Shown in pieces: positions 24,846 to 32,145 of a stretch of DNA of 40,811 nt. Both the position numbers and the translations under genes were made by a program. The notes under the pieces were generated by a model that saw only the letters and a program-made list of their open reading frames with translations, ran no database searches and was not told where the DNA came from. The first letter of the stretch is position 1. Each line of letters begins with the position of its first letter. The stretch is from a virus, in IMG/VR virus record IMGVR_UViG_3300002138_000067, positions 1 through 40,811 of that record, one strand, 5' to 3'.

Positions 24846-26008
24846 CATTCAATGAACTCCAGGAATGTGTTGGGGAGTATGTCTACACCGAGGACAATGG
24901 CATGTCCCGTATCGCTATGGCCTCTATTATTGCAACGCGAATGAAACTTGGAGACCCTGTATGGATGCTTCTTATTGGGCCATCATCAGGGGGTAAGTCT
25001 CAAATCCTCCGTCCAATTGCTCTAACTGATGAGAAGTTTATCCACCGTATTGACGATGTTACCGAGAACACGTTTCTTTCTGGTGCGAAAGCCGCTAAGG
25101 GGCAGAAGGACATTTCGCTCCTGAAGCGAATCGGTAGTAACGGCATAATCGTCATTTCTGACTTTACTGTAATCTTCTCCAAGAGTAGCGAGACGAAGAC
25201 CGCGGTGCTCAGTCAGATGCGCATGATTTATGACGGCGAGATGGTTAAGTACAGTGGCTCTTCTAGTGAGCCGATTAGTTGGAAGGGGTATATGGGTGTT
25301 CTTGCGGGGAGCACACCATCTATATATAGCCACTTCGAGGAGGTGGCTGATATGGGTGAGCGATTTATTTACTACCGCATGAAGCCCTATGATGTTGAGA
25401 AGGCAACGCGTATCTCCTTACACCGTACCGTGTTCGGTAAGGAGCTGGATGGGATACTCTCTGACATGTACGGAGAGTACATTAAGGAATCTGTTATGTC
25501 CGCAAATGGTGAAGTGCCACCGTTATCAGAGGAGGTTGATGAGCGTATTCTTACGATTGCGATGTTCGCTGCTCTCTTGCGCACCCCCACACACTATGAC
25601 CGTTTCAGTAAGTCTGTGGACAGGGTACCTGTGTCAGAAGCACCGATGCGTGTTGCGTTGCAATTACGAGCAATAGCACGGGCGCTCTCAGTCATGGCTC
25701 ACCACGATACAGGCTCCTGGGAGCTTGAGGAGGCTGATATACGGTATTTGGAATGGTGTGCCTATTCACTGGCTAACGAGGAGCGTAGGGCTTGTTTGAG
25801 GGTTCTAGGGGCACTTGGGTACAGGGAGACACTTAGCACTCAGATGATTGCTGATGCAATCGGACTCTCTACTCCGATAACGGGGATAAGTCTACAGAGC
25901 TTGGCTGCTGTAGGAATCCTTGAGCGCTCTGGTAGTGGTAACAGTGGACATGTGTGGATGATTAAAGATAGTGCTACTTGGGGTATTGTACAGAGGCTTG
26001 AATCGTAA
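24842..26008 (+). CDS. P-loop NTPase, putative primase-associated replicative helicase with a C-terminal wHTH
   Basis: Walker A GPSSGGKS, Walker-B-like IIVISDF, C-terminal LSTQMIADAIGLSTPITGISLQSLAAVGILER. ATGA overlap with the primase gene. Confidence 0.5.
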   Translation: MTFNELQECVGEYVYTEDNGMSRIAMASIIATRMKLGDPVWMLLIGPSSGGKSQILRPIALTDEKFIHRIDDVTENTFLSGAKAAKGQKDISLLKRIGSNGIIVISDFTVIFSKSSETKTAVLSQMRMIYDGEMVKYSGSSSEPISWKGYMGVLAGSTPSIYSHFEEVADMGERFIYYRMKPYDVEKATRISLHRTVFGKELDGILSDMYGEYIKESVMSANGEVPPLSEEVDERILTIAMFAALLRTPTHYDRFSKSVDRVPVSEAPMRVALQLRAIARALSVMAHHDTGSWELEEADIRYLEWCAYSLANEERRACLRVLGALGYRETLSTQMIADAIGLSTPITGISLQSLAAVGILERSGSGNSGHVWMIKDSATWGIVQRLES

Positions 26009-26039
26009 TAGTTATTTTGTTTTTCAAAAGTGGTCGACA

Positions 26040-26076
26040 CACGGTGGCTTAGGTAAGCCACCGTGTTTTTTATTTT
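26040..26076 (+). terminator. Rho-independent terminator after the replication operon
   Basis: 11-bp stem CACGGTGGCTT / AAGCCACCGTG, loop AGGT, then TTTTTTATTTT. Confidence 0.85.
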
Positions 26077-26130
26077 GCTTTTTTTAATGTCAACAAATAA
26101 GCCATTTTTTGTAAGTCGGTTGCCTTTTGA

Positions 26131-26166
26131 GAAAAAGCCAAAAACAAAAAAAGGCTCAACTGAGCC
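26131..26166 (-). terminator. Terminator-like hairpin oriented for the minus strand
   Basis: GGCTC-AACT-GAGCC preceded on the + strand by AAAAAGCCAAAAACAAAAAAA, which is a U tract on the minus strand. The stem is short. Confidence 0.35.
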
Positions 26167-26264
26167 GTGCTGTGATGGGGTTTGTGATTATAACACTTCT
26201 AGCGCCTGTAGGCAGGTCTTGTAGACCAAGCCTACAGGTAAGCTGTCAATAAGTCAAGTCATAG

Positions 26265-26293
26265 TTAACTTCTTTTGGATGGATGTATATACT
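26265..26293 (+). promoter_or_regulatory. Sigma70-like promoter candidate upstream of the structured RNA locus
   Basis: TTAACT (26265-70), 17 nt, TATACT (26288-93). The same -10 hexamer occurs at 20516. Confidence 0.4.
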
Positions 26294-26400
26294 GGTGATG
26301 CGTGGGCAAGGCTCTCTTAGAGGAGTAGGAGTTATCAACAGGTAGGCATTGAACAAAAACAAAAGGGTGCAAGAATAGTAAGAGAGCTCATTGACAATAC

Positions 26401-26504
26401 GTTCTGTGTTTTTGGGGGGACGCGGGTAATAATTGACTGAGCTGAAATGCGAAGCAGAATAACCGACTAGAGGATTAAGTTCCTTCTCCCCACAAGCACA
26501 GAAC
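26401..26504 (+). ncRNA. Structured RNA domain 1 (104 nt), closed by a 20-position helix
   Basis: 26401-20 pairs with 26485-504: 17 Watson-Crick pairs, 2 G.U, 1 T.C mismatch. No ORF. Confidence 0.45.
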
Positions 26505-26599
26505 ACTAGGTACTTCCACTCCGCGAGCCTACGGGTTCGTGGGTAAGTATTCATTCTCTACGACTTCTCACGAGGAGTCGCGGGGTGGGAGTATCTGGT
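26505..26599 (+). ncRNA. Structured RNA domain 2 (95 nt), closed by an uninterrupted 22-bp helix
   Basis: 26505-26 pairs with 26578-99: 18 Watson-Crick pairs and 4 G.U, no mismatch. Inner hairpin CCTACG-GGTT-CGTGGG at 26528-43. Confidence 0.5.
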
Positions 26600-26606
26600 A
26601 CATAAA

Positions 26607-26861
26607 GTTATTGGGTGTTTTTGGGAACAATTCTTTTGAAGGCTCCAACCAAAGTCACGGCACGCAGAAGCTTGCAAGCGTAGTGAAGGCATTTACTACA
26701 AATCATTTAGGGGTAAGGCGCGGTAGTCAATCCGAGGGGGCCTCTTTATGAAAGAAAGCGTGTGTAGACCATATTTGCGACCTAAACCTGTTGCTGTTGG
26801 AGGAACCGCCGAGGAAGTTGAAAGCACGAAAGGAAGAATTGTCCCACAAGCACCTAATAAT
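26607..26861 (+). ncRNA. Structured RNA domain 3 (255 nt), closed by an approximately 28-bp helix
   Basis: 26607-26/26842-61 gives 19 of 20 paired, including 3 G.U. It continues as 26629-37/26832-40 (9 bp, 2 G.U). The domain contains the palindrome GCTTGCAAGC at 26670-79. Confidence 0.45.
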
Positions 26862-26871
26862 CTAGTACATA

Positions 26872-27051
26872 GTTTCTAGGGTTCTGTTCTGGTGTGGCGG
26901 AATAGGTAGACGCACATACGAGGTCGGCCAGCTTACAGACTACCGATATGCGAGGTGACTATACGAGAATAGGTATCCAGTCCTAGTAGCGGAGATATTC
27001 ACTACGAAATGTCTCGTCAAATCCTCGCCACCAGAACAAAACCCTAGAGAC
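26872..27051 (+). ncRNA. tRNA-Leu-like mimic on a 23-position stem (not a canonical tRNA)
   Basis: 26872-94 pairs with 27029-51 (21 Watson-Crick pairs, 1 G.U, 1 C.A). It is followed by a class-II Leu-type U8-G9 and D arm, TGGCGGAATAGGTAGACGC (26895-913). T-stem GCGAG/CTCGC (26950-54/27024-28) carries TCAAATC loop remnants split by an approximately 60-nt insert. No anticodon arm could be built. Confidence 0.5.
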
Positions 27052-27067
27052 AGAATATAGAAACTAT

Positions 27068-27139
27068 TGGGACGTAGCTCAGCGGTAGAGCGGTTCACTG
27101 TTAATGAATTGGTCGCAGGTTCGAATCCTGCCGTCCCAG
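27068..27139 (+). tRNA. tRNA-Asn: tRNA-Asn (anticodon GUU)
   Basis: Cloverleaf built by hand: acceptor TGGGACG/CGTCCCA; D arm GCTC-AGCGGTA-GAGC; anticodon arm GTTCA-CTGTTAA-TGAAT; T arm GCAGG-TTCGAAT-CCTGC; discriminator G. CCA is not encoded. Confidence 0.9.
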
Positions 27140-27172
27140 CCGTGAACTTATTAAATTATTACCGAGAGAAAT

Positions 27173-27412
27173 ATGGAAAAGACTACACTCGTCACGCACT
27201 TGAAGTACGGGAAAGAGGACGAACCCTGGAAGCCAAACCTGCTTACAGCTGTTTTACAGCTTGTACTGGCACCAGTTGCGTTCCTGTTAGGTATTCTTAT
27301 CGCAATACTTATTGTCGTCTATGATTTTCTAGGAATGGGAAGCCAGCATATTGTCTTCCGCGCGACACCAAAGAAAATAGAGATGCCTGACGGCACAATA
27401 CTTAGTAAATAG
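27173..27412 (+). CDS. Small membrane protein
   Basis: 79 aa with a long hydrophobic stretch LLTAVLQLVLAPVAFLLGILIAILIVVY. Confidence 0.5.
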   Translation: MEKTTLVTHLKYGKEDEPWKPNLLTAVLQLVLAPVAFLLGILIAILIVVYDFLGMGSQHIVFRATPKKIEMPDGTILSK

Positions 27413-27445
27413 ACCCACAAAGAAATTATAATAAGATTAGAATAA

Positions 27446-27568
27446 ATGCCTAAACCAACAGTGTTCCAAACAGGAGTAGCAAAACCCTGCGACCTGTGCA
27501 AAAAAGAAGAGAAAGGCCCACGCTACGGCACTAAAGATGGGTGGGTGTGTGAGAGATGCTATGCGTAA
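27446..27568 (+). CDS. Small zinc-ribbon protein (40 aa)
   Basis: Not in the track: MPKPTVFQTGVAKPCDLCKKEEKGPRYGTKDGWVCERCYA (CxxC...CxxC). Confidence 0.4.
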   Translation: MPKPTVFQTGVAKPCDLCKKEEKGPRYGTKDGWVCERCYA

Positions 27569-27821
27569 AGTAAAGATAGGCCCTAAGCTAGACGCTATCA
27601 TCGCAATACACGAAACACGCTCACGAATACACTCCTGCGCTCTCCCACTGTTTGACTACTACCTTGGAGAGAGATGGGGTTTACACTTGCACAAAACCTA
27701 TTCTGGTGCGGTATACTATTCAGATACTAGTCGTGCCCTAATTCCAAAACATATGGATGAGGAAGTAATCGTTGAGGCTCCTGTTGAGGAGGTCGCAGCC
27801 GAGGAGGAAGCAGCAGCATAA
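27561..27821 (+). CDS. Hypothetical protein with an acidic C-terminal tail
   Basis: Start at MRKVKIG (27561), 8-nt overlap with the previous ORF. C-terminus EEVIVEAPVEEVAAEEEAAA. Confidence 0.45.
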   Translation: MRKVKIGPKLDAIIAIHETRSRIHSCALPLFDYYLGERWGLHLHKTYSGAVYYSDTSRALIPKHMDEEVIVEAPVEEVAAEEEAAA

Positions 27822-27827
27822 CCAAAC

Positions 27828-27866
27828 AATCCCCTTGACTATACATCGAGGGGATTATGGTATAAT
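27828..27866 (+). promoter_or_regulatory. Hairpin plus extended -10 promoter in front of the packaging/late genes
   Basis: 8-bp stem AATCCCCT/AGGGGATT (27828-35/27849-56) with TTGACT (27835-40) at the 5' stem-loop junction. TGgTATAAT at 27858-66. The ATG at 27875 lies 8 nt past the -10. Confidence 0.5.
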
Positions 27867-27874
27867 CAACACAT

Positions 27875-28072
27875 ATGGCACTAGACCTACGCACCAAACT
27901 TCAGAAGAAAGCCGAAGCCAAGCTACAAAAGCTCGGCAATAAACTTGGTACCAAAGTACGCAAGATAGCAAAGAGCTACAGCCCAGCGATGGACAAGGCA
28001 GACGAGGAGTACGCTAAATCACCTAAAGGCAAAAGAGCAAAGAAGCTCTATGACGCTGGAGGTAGTTACTAA
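27875..28072 (+). CDS. Small basic (Lys-rich) protein
   Basis: 65 aa, K/A-rich. Immediately upstream of terS. Confidence 0.5.
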   Translation: MALDLRTKLQKKAEAKLQKLGNKLGTKVRKIAKSYSPAMDKADEEYAKSPKGKRAKKLYDAGGSY

Positions 28073-28074
28073 CA

Positions 28075-28539
28075 ATGGCAACTACAGGACGACCATCGGA
28101 ATACACAGACGCACTTGCTAAGAAGGCACAGAAGTACCTTGACGGATGCGTAGACTCTATTGAGGAATACCACAAGACACGTGGTGAGAAGTCAGACAGT
28201 TACGAACGTATAGTGCGCGTCAAGCTCCCCACAATTGAAGGGCTAGCTATTGCAATCGGCATAAACAAGACAACGGTTTACGAATGGGAGAAGAAATACC
28301 CTGCGTTTTCCAACGTTATTGAGGATTTGAGAAACGTTCAGGCAGATAGACTCCTAAACAACGGCATGTCTGGTGATTACAATCCAACAATTGCAAAGGT
28401 ACTCCTTACCAAGCACGGGTACCGTGAGGGAACTGACGTAACGAGTGCAGGGAAACAGCTACCAACTCCAATTCTAGGAACAGAACCACTTAATGTACAA
28501 AGTAACGACAGCAACAAGAAAGATAGCGAAGCTGAATAG
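28075..28539 (+). CDS. terS: Terminase small subunit
   Basis: N-terminal GRPSEYT and HTH LPTIEGLAIAIGINKTTVYEWEKKYPAF, typical of TerS. Directly upstream of TerL. Confidence 0.75.
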   Translation: MATTGRPSEYTDALAKKAQKYLDGCVDSIEEYHKTRGEKSDSYERIVRVKLPTIEGLAIAIGINKTTVYEWEKKYPAFSNVIEDLRNVQADRLLNNGMSGDYNPTIAKVLLTKHGYREGTDVTSAGKQLPTPILGTEPLNVQSNDSNKKDSEAE

Positions 28540-29680
28540 TCGCATACGCGCTGTTCAGGGTGGTACATCAGCCTCTAAGTCAATCAGCATACTCTTGTAC
28601 CTGATAGACAAGGCACAGCGTGATGAGAAACCTACGCTCACTTCAATAGTTTCAGAGAGCCTACCGCACTTGAAGCGCGGTGTTATTCGTGACTTCTTGA
28701 ACATAACGCAGGAGCACGGATACTTCAAAGATGACCAATGGAACAAGTCAGACTTCACGTACACGTTTGAGACAGGCTCACGTATCGAGTTCTTCAGTGC
28801 AGACCAACCATCAAAAGTCCGTGGGCCACGCCGTGACCGCCTATTCATTAACGAAGCTAACAACATACCGTATGAAACCTTTGACCAACTGGAAGTTCGT
28901 ACCAAAGAGTTCGTCTTCATGGACTGGAACCCTACTAATGAGTTCTGGTACTACACCGAAGTGGAAGGAAAGCGTGATGACGTTGAGCACATCGTCCTCA
29001 CCTATCTTGATAACGAAGGTCTTGACCCAGCCATCGTTGAGTCAATAGAGCAGCGTAAGAACCGTAAGGGTTGGTGGAGGGTGTACGGTGAAGGATTGCT
29101 CGGTGAGGTGGAGGGCAAGATATACAAAGACTGGCAAATCATTGACGAGGTACCACATGAAGCCCGTCTCGTTCGCCGTGGGCTTGATTACGGGTACACC
29201 AACGACCCATCGGCATGTGTTGATATATACCAGTACAACGGTGGCTACGTCCTTGATGAGCTGTTCTATAAGAAGGGTATGAGTAACCGTGTCATCGCCG
29301 ACCACCTGAAGTCAAGCGAGAAGGACATCATGGTATGCGCTGATAGTGCAGAGCCAAAGTCCAATGACGAGATAGCAGAGTACGGTATATCTATCATCGG
29401 TGCTACTAAAGGCCTAGGCTCAGTGAGTCAAGGTATACAGTTCGTACAAGACCAGCGAATCTCAGTCACCAGACGCTCGTCTAACGTGATTCGTGAGTAC
29501 AGAAACTACTTGTGGAAGTCAGACCGAGACGGAAAGATACTCAATGAGCCAGAGCACGAGTTCTCACACAGCATGGACGCTATCCGCTACGGCCTAGCGT
29601 CACTTGGTATAGACTCTTTCAGTACAAAAGAACATAAATACGTGCCTGAGCAACCAATGTTCTCTCAAATAGGACTATAA
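28493..29680 (+). CDS. terL: Terminase large subunit (PBSX/Terminase_3-like)
   Basis: Walker A-like QGGTSASKS, Walker B RLFINEA, MDWNP, nuclease motifs CADSAEPKS and HSMDAIRYG. 47-nt overlap with terS. Confidence 0.85.
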   Translation: MYKVTTATRKIAKLNSRIRAVQGGTSASKSISILLYLIDKAQRDEKPTLTSIVSESLPHLKRGVIRDFLNITQEHGYFKDDQWNKSDFTYTFETGSRIEFFSADQPSKVRGPRRDRLFINEANNIPYETFDQLEVRTKEFVFMDWNPTNEFWYYTEVEGKRDDVEHIVLTYLDNEGLDPAIVESIEQRKNRKGWWRVYGEGLLGEVEGKIYKDWQIIDEVPHEARLVRRGLDYGYTNDPSACVDIYQYNGGYVLDELFYKKGMSNRVIADHLKSSEKDIMVCADSAEPKSNDEIAEYGISIIGATKGLGSVSQGIQFVQDQRISVTRRSSNVIREYRNYLWKSDRDGKILNEPEHEFSHSMDAIRYGLASLGIDSFSTKEHKYVPEQPMFSQIGL

Positions 29681-29752
29681 GTTGTACACAAGTACACATC
29701 TTGACACCAGTGTTGTATACTATACGCATACAAAGTTGAACGGGAATCCAAC

Positions 29753-31738
29753 TTGCCATCCATTAAATACACAACACGACAGGAAATAATCCAGCAGGCC
29801 ATTCAAGAGATTCAGTTTGACCGAAACTACAAGCAGGGTAAGGTTCAGAACTGGAAAATCAACGAAGACCTCTACTACGGACGTAAACTGTCTAGTGAAA
29901 CCTCACGCGCTAACGTTGACCTCGGCCAGATGTCAGCATTTATTCATACTCTTCTATCTAAGATAGATAACCCTCTCACGTTTAAGTTCACCAAGCGTAA
30001 GAACAGCCAGCTCAAGCGTGTACAGCGTCTCAATGCGCTCCGTATGGCAGACCAGCAGGAGGATGACTGGGATATTAAGGATATTGTAGGTAAGAAGCAG
30101 GCAGCTATTTATGGTCGTGCTATCTATGGCTACCACGCAGAGTCACAGGACGGATACAAGGCTAACCTTGAGAACGTAGACGTATACGACTTCCTCATTG
30201 ACCCGTCAGCAGGCGGTATAGACATTGAGCGTGCCATGAACATGGGCCGTTACGGTGTTATCAAGATGCGCAAAGACATTGAACAGGGTGTTAAGGACGG
30301 TATGTACCTACGCACCGAGGCAGCAGAGCTACTTGCAGGCAGCGGTAACAGCACCCAGCAGAACCAGGAGACTACTAACCAGAACAACCGCACAAGAGAC
30401 CAGAACGTATGGGTGGTGCAGAAGAACATCGGCAACCCAGACAAGTATCTATTCTGGGAGTGGTACACCACGTACAACGGTGACCGTTACTACCTACTAC
30501 TCTCCGAAGAGCGTGGTACTGCTATCCGTGTAGAGAAGCTCACAGACATCTTTGAGAGCAACCTGTGGCCATTCTGGACATGGGCAGCGTTCCCAGACCT
30601 CACAGAGTTCTGGACACCGTCATTCGCTGACTACGTTCGTGAGGTATTCCTCGCACAGACAGCCAGCATTAACCAGATGCTAGACAACGCTGAACAAATC
30701 AACAAGCCACAGAAGCTCGTCAACGCCTCTAAGATTGAGGACTTGGCTAGCCTAAAGTATCAGCGTGGTGGTAACTACATCGTTACTAAGCAGACTGATG
30801 ACGTTCGTAACGTACTACAGGTACTAGAGACACCAAGCATTGACACACCACTCAAGGTGTATGACCGCCTAGAGAGCATTCAGGAGAAGGCATCGGGTGT
30901 GAACTCAACGGCTAAGGGCGTATCAGACGAGGATAAGGTAGGTATCTACGAGGGTAACGCAGCTAACACTGCTGACCGCTTCGGACTCCTTAACAAGTCC
31001 TACTCATTCGGATACAAGCGATTCGCAAAGCTCTACGAGTGGGGAGTACGTGAACACCTAGCCCGCAAGAAGGCTGTAGACATGATTGGCCCTGAAGGTG
31101 TGGAGATTGAGGAGGTTTCTCGAAGAAACATCTTCTACAAGAACGACACATTCGGTGTAGTCGTTGAGTCATCTAACGCAGAGCTAGCCCTATCAGAAGT
31201 GGACAAGAGAACTAAGATTGCATTCCTAAACTCTATGGTAAACAACCAGAACATTAACTGGAAGAAAGCCTTTGAGATACAGGCATCTATCGCAGGATTC
31301 ACTGAGGACGAGATACGCCAGCTCCTAGACAACTCAGACTTCGGAGACGCAGAGCTTATGAGTGAGGCTGACCGTGACCTTGAGGCACTCCTAGACGGCA
31401 AGCGTATCCAGCCTAACCTAAACGCCACCACAGCCTACAAACAGCGCTTCGTAGACTACATGAAAGACCACGAGGAGGACATTGACGCTGAACAAGCAGC
31501 AATCATCTTCAACTACATGGATAAGCTAGAGCCAATCATCATACAGAACATGGTCTCTATGGCTAGCCAACAGGCACTACGGGCACAACTAGACGCTATT
31601 AAAGCAGGTGCACTTGCTCCTCCAACGGGGGGTGGGGCACCGCAGGGTGGAGCACCGTTACCACCACCACCGCAGGAAGGTCTACCGACCAATGCGGACA
31701 CGATTATCGGGGATAGTAATCAAATTGCACAGCTATGA
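29753..31738 (+). CDS. Portal protein (putative)
   Basis: 661 aa ORF immediately after terL. Pro/Gly-rich C-terminal tail. TTG start, since the first ATG is 58 codons in. No motif-level confirmation. Confidence 0.6.
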   Translation: MPSIKYTTRQEIIQQAIQEIQFDRNYKQGKVQNWKINEDLYYGRKLSSETSRANVDLGQMSAFIHTLLSKIDNPLTFKFTKRKNSQLKRVQRLNALRMADQQEDDWDIKDIVGKKQAAIYGRAIYGYHAESQDGYKANLENVDVYDFLIDPSAGGIDIERAMNMGRYGVIKMRKDIEQGVKDGMYLRTEAAELLAGSGNSTQQNQETTNQNNRTRDQNVWVVQKNIGNPDKYLFWEWYTTYNGDRYYLLLSEERGTAIRVEKLTDIFESNLWPFWTWAAFPDLTEFWTPSFADYVREVFLAQTASINQMLDNAEQINKPQKLVNASKIEDLASLKYQRGGNYIVTKQTDDVRNVLQVLETPSIDTPLKVYDRLESIQEKASGVNSTAKGVSDEDKVGIYEGNAANTADRFGLLNKSYSFGYKRFAKLYEWGVREHLARKKAVDMIGPEGVEIEEVSRRNIFYKNDTFGVVVESSNAELALSEVDKRTKIAFLNSMVNNQNINWKKAFEIQASIAGFTEDEIRQLLDNSDFGDAELMSEADRDLEALLDGKRIQPNLNATTAYKQRFVDYMKDHEEDIDAEQAAIIFNYMDKLEPIIIQNMVSMASQQALRAQLDAIKAGALAPPTGGGAPQGGAPLPPPPQEGLPTNADTIIGDSNQIAQL

Positions 31739-32145
31739 TTGATTTTAAGAAACACAAGTACGAGGTAGTAGAAGCCAGTGCAGAGGATATTGGCGCTACT
31801 AAGATTAAGAAGTCAGGTATTGAGGTAGAGTTCACCCTCGCTCAAGTAGAGGCTGAGTGGGCACCTATCGAAAAGCGGGTAAAGGAGATGGACGCACAGT
31901 TGAAGCTCGCAGAGCAGACACGTGACAACCTCCTAGAGCACCACCCATTCCTAAAGGACTTGACCGAGGAACAGCTATTCACCACTCACATGTACCAGGA
32001 GGCCATGAGCTTCGTTAAGGTACTACCTGAGAAGATTGGCGAGTATGAGGACGCTCTCAAGGAGAGTAAGGAGGAGTACGCCTATATGGTGGACAAGCTC
32101 GGACTCAAGAGCAAAGAGGAAGCAGTAGCAAAGATTGTTGAATAA
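31735..32145 (+). CDS. Head-morphogenesis-region protein, function unknown (136 aa, acidic, helical)
   Basis: ATGA overlap with the portal gene. E/K-rich. Confidence 0.45.
   Translation: MIDFKKHKYEVVEASAEDIGATKIKKSGIEVEFTLAQVEAEWAPIEKRVKEMDAQLKLAEQTRDNLLEHHPFLKDLTEEQLFTTHMYQEAMSFVKVLPEKIGEYEDALKESKEEYAYMVDKLGLKSKEEAVAKIVE

Noticed and set aside
26246-26751. Two ORFs (26246..26554 minus strand, 26539..26751 plus strand) inside the structured locus
   Set aside because: Their 5' ends overlap at 26539-26554. Both lack an RBS and have unprotein-like composition. They cut across long helices whose G.U bias argues for an RNA function.
26888-27036. Calling the element a functional class-II tRNA-Leu
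   Set aside because: The acceptor, D arm and T stem fit. No register gives a 5-bp anticodon stem with a 7-nt loop carrying U33, and the T loop is interrupted by about 60 nt. It is reported as a tRNA-like ncRNA instead.
26872-27051. MITE-like mobile element with 19-23-bp terminal inverted repeats
   Set aside because: No target-site duplication flanks the inverted repeats, and no transposase is present. The interior carries tRNA-type arms. An RNA stem explains the repeats better, though mobility is not strictly excluded.
26009-27067. Stop-codon recoding (alternative genetic code) as an explanation for the ORF-free kilobase
   Set aside because: Every other gene in the genome reads cleanly with the standard code. 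The adjacent tRNA is Asn(GUU), not a suppressor. The tRNA-like element offers no CUA, UCA or UUA anticodon loop.
27067-27324. 85-aa + strand ORF starting at the tRNA
   Set aside because: It reads straight through the canonical tRNA-Asn cloverleaf and overlaps the better-supported membrane-protein gene at 27173..27412 in another frame.
29701-29721. TTGACA ... TATACT promoter-like pair upstream of the portal gene
   Set aside because: The hexamers are separated by only 9 nt (14 nt to an alternative TATACG), which is far from the functional 16-18 nt. It is not listed as a feature.
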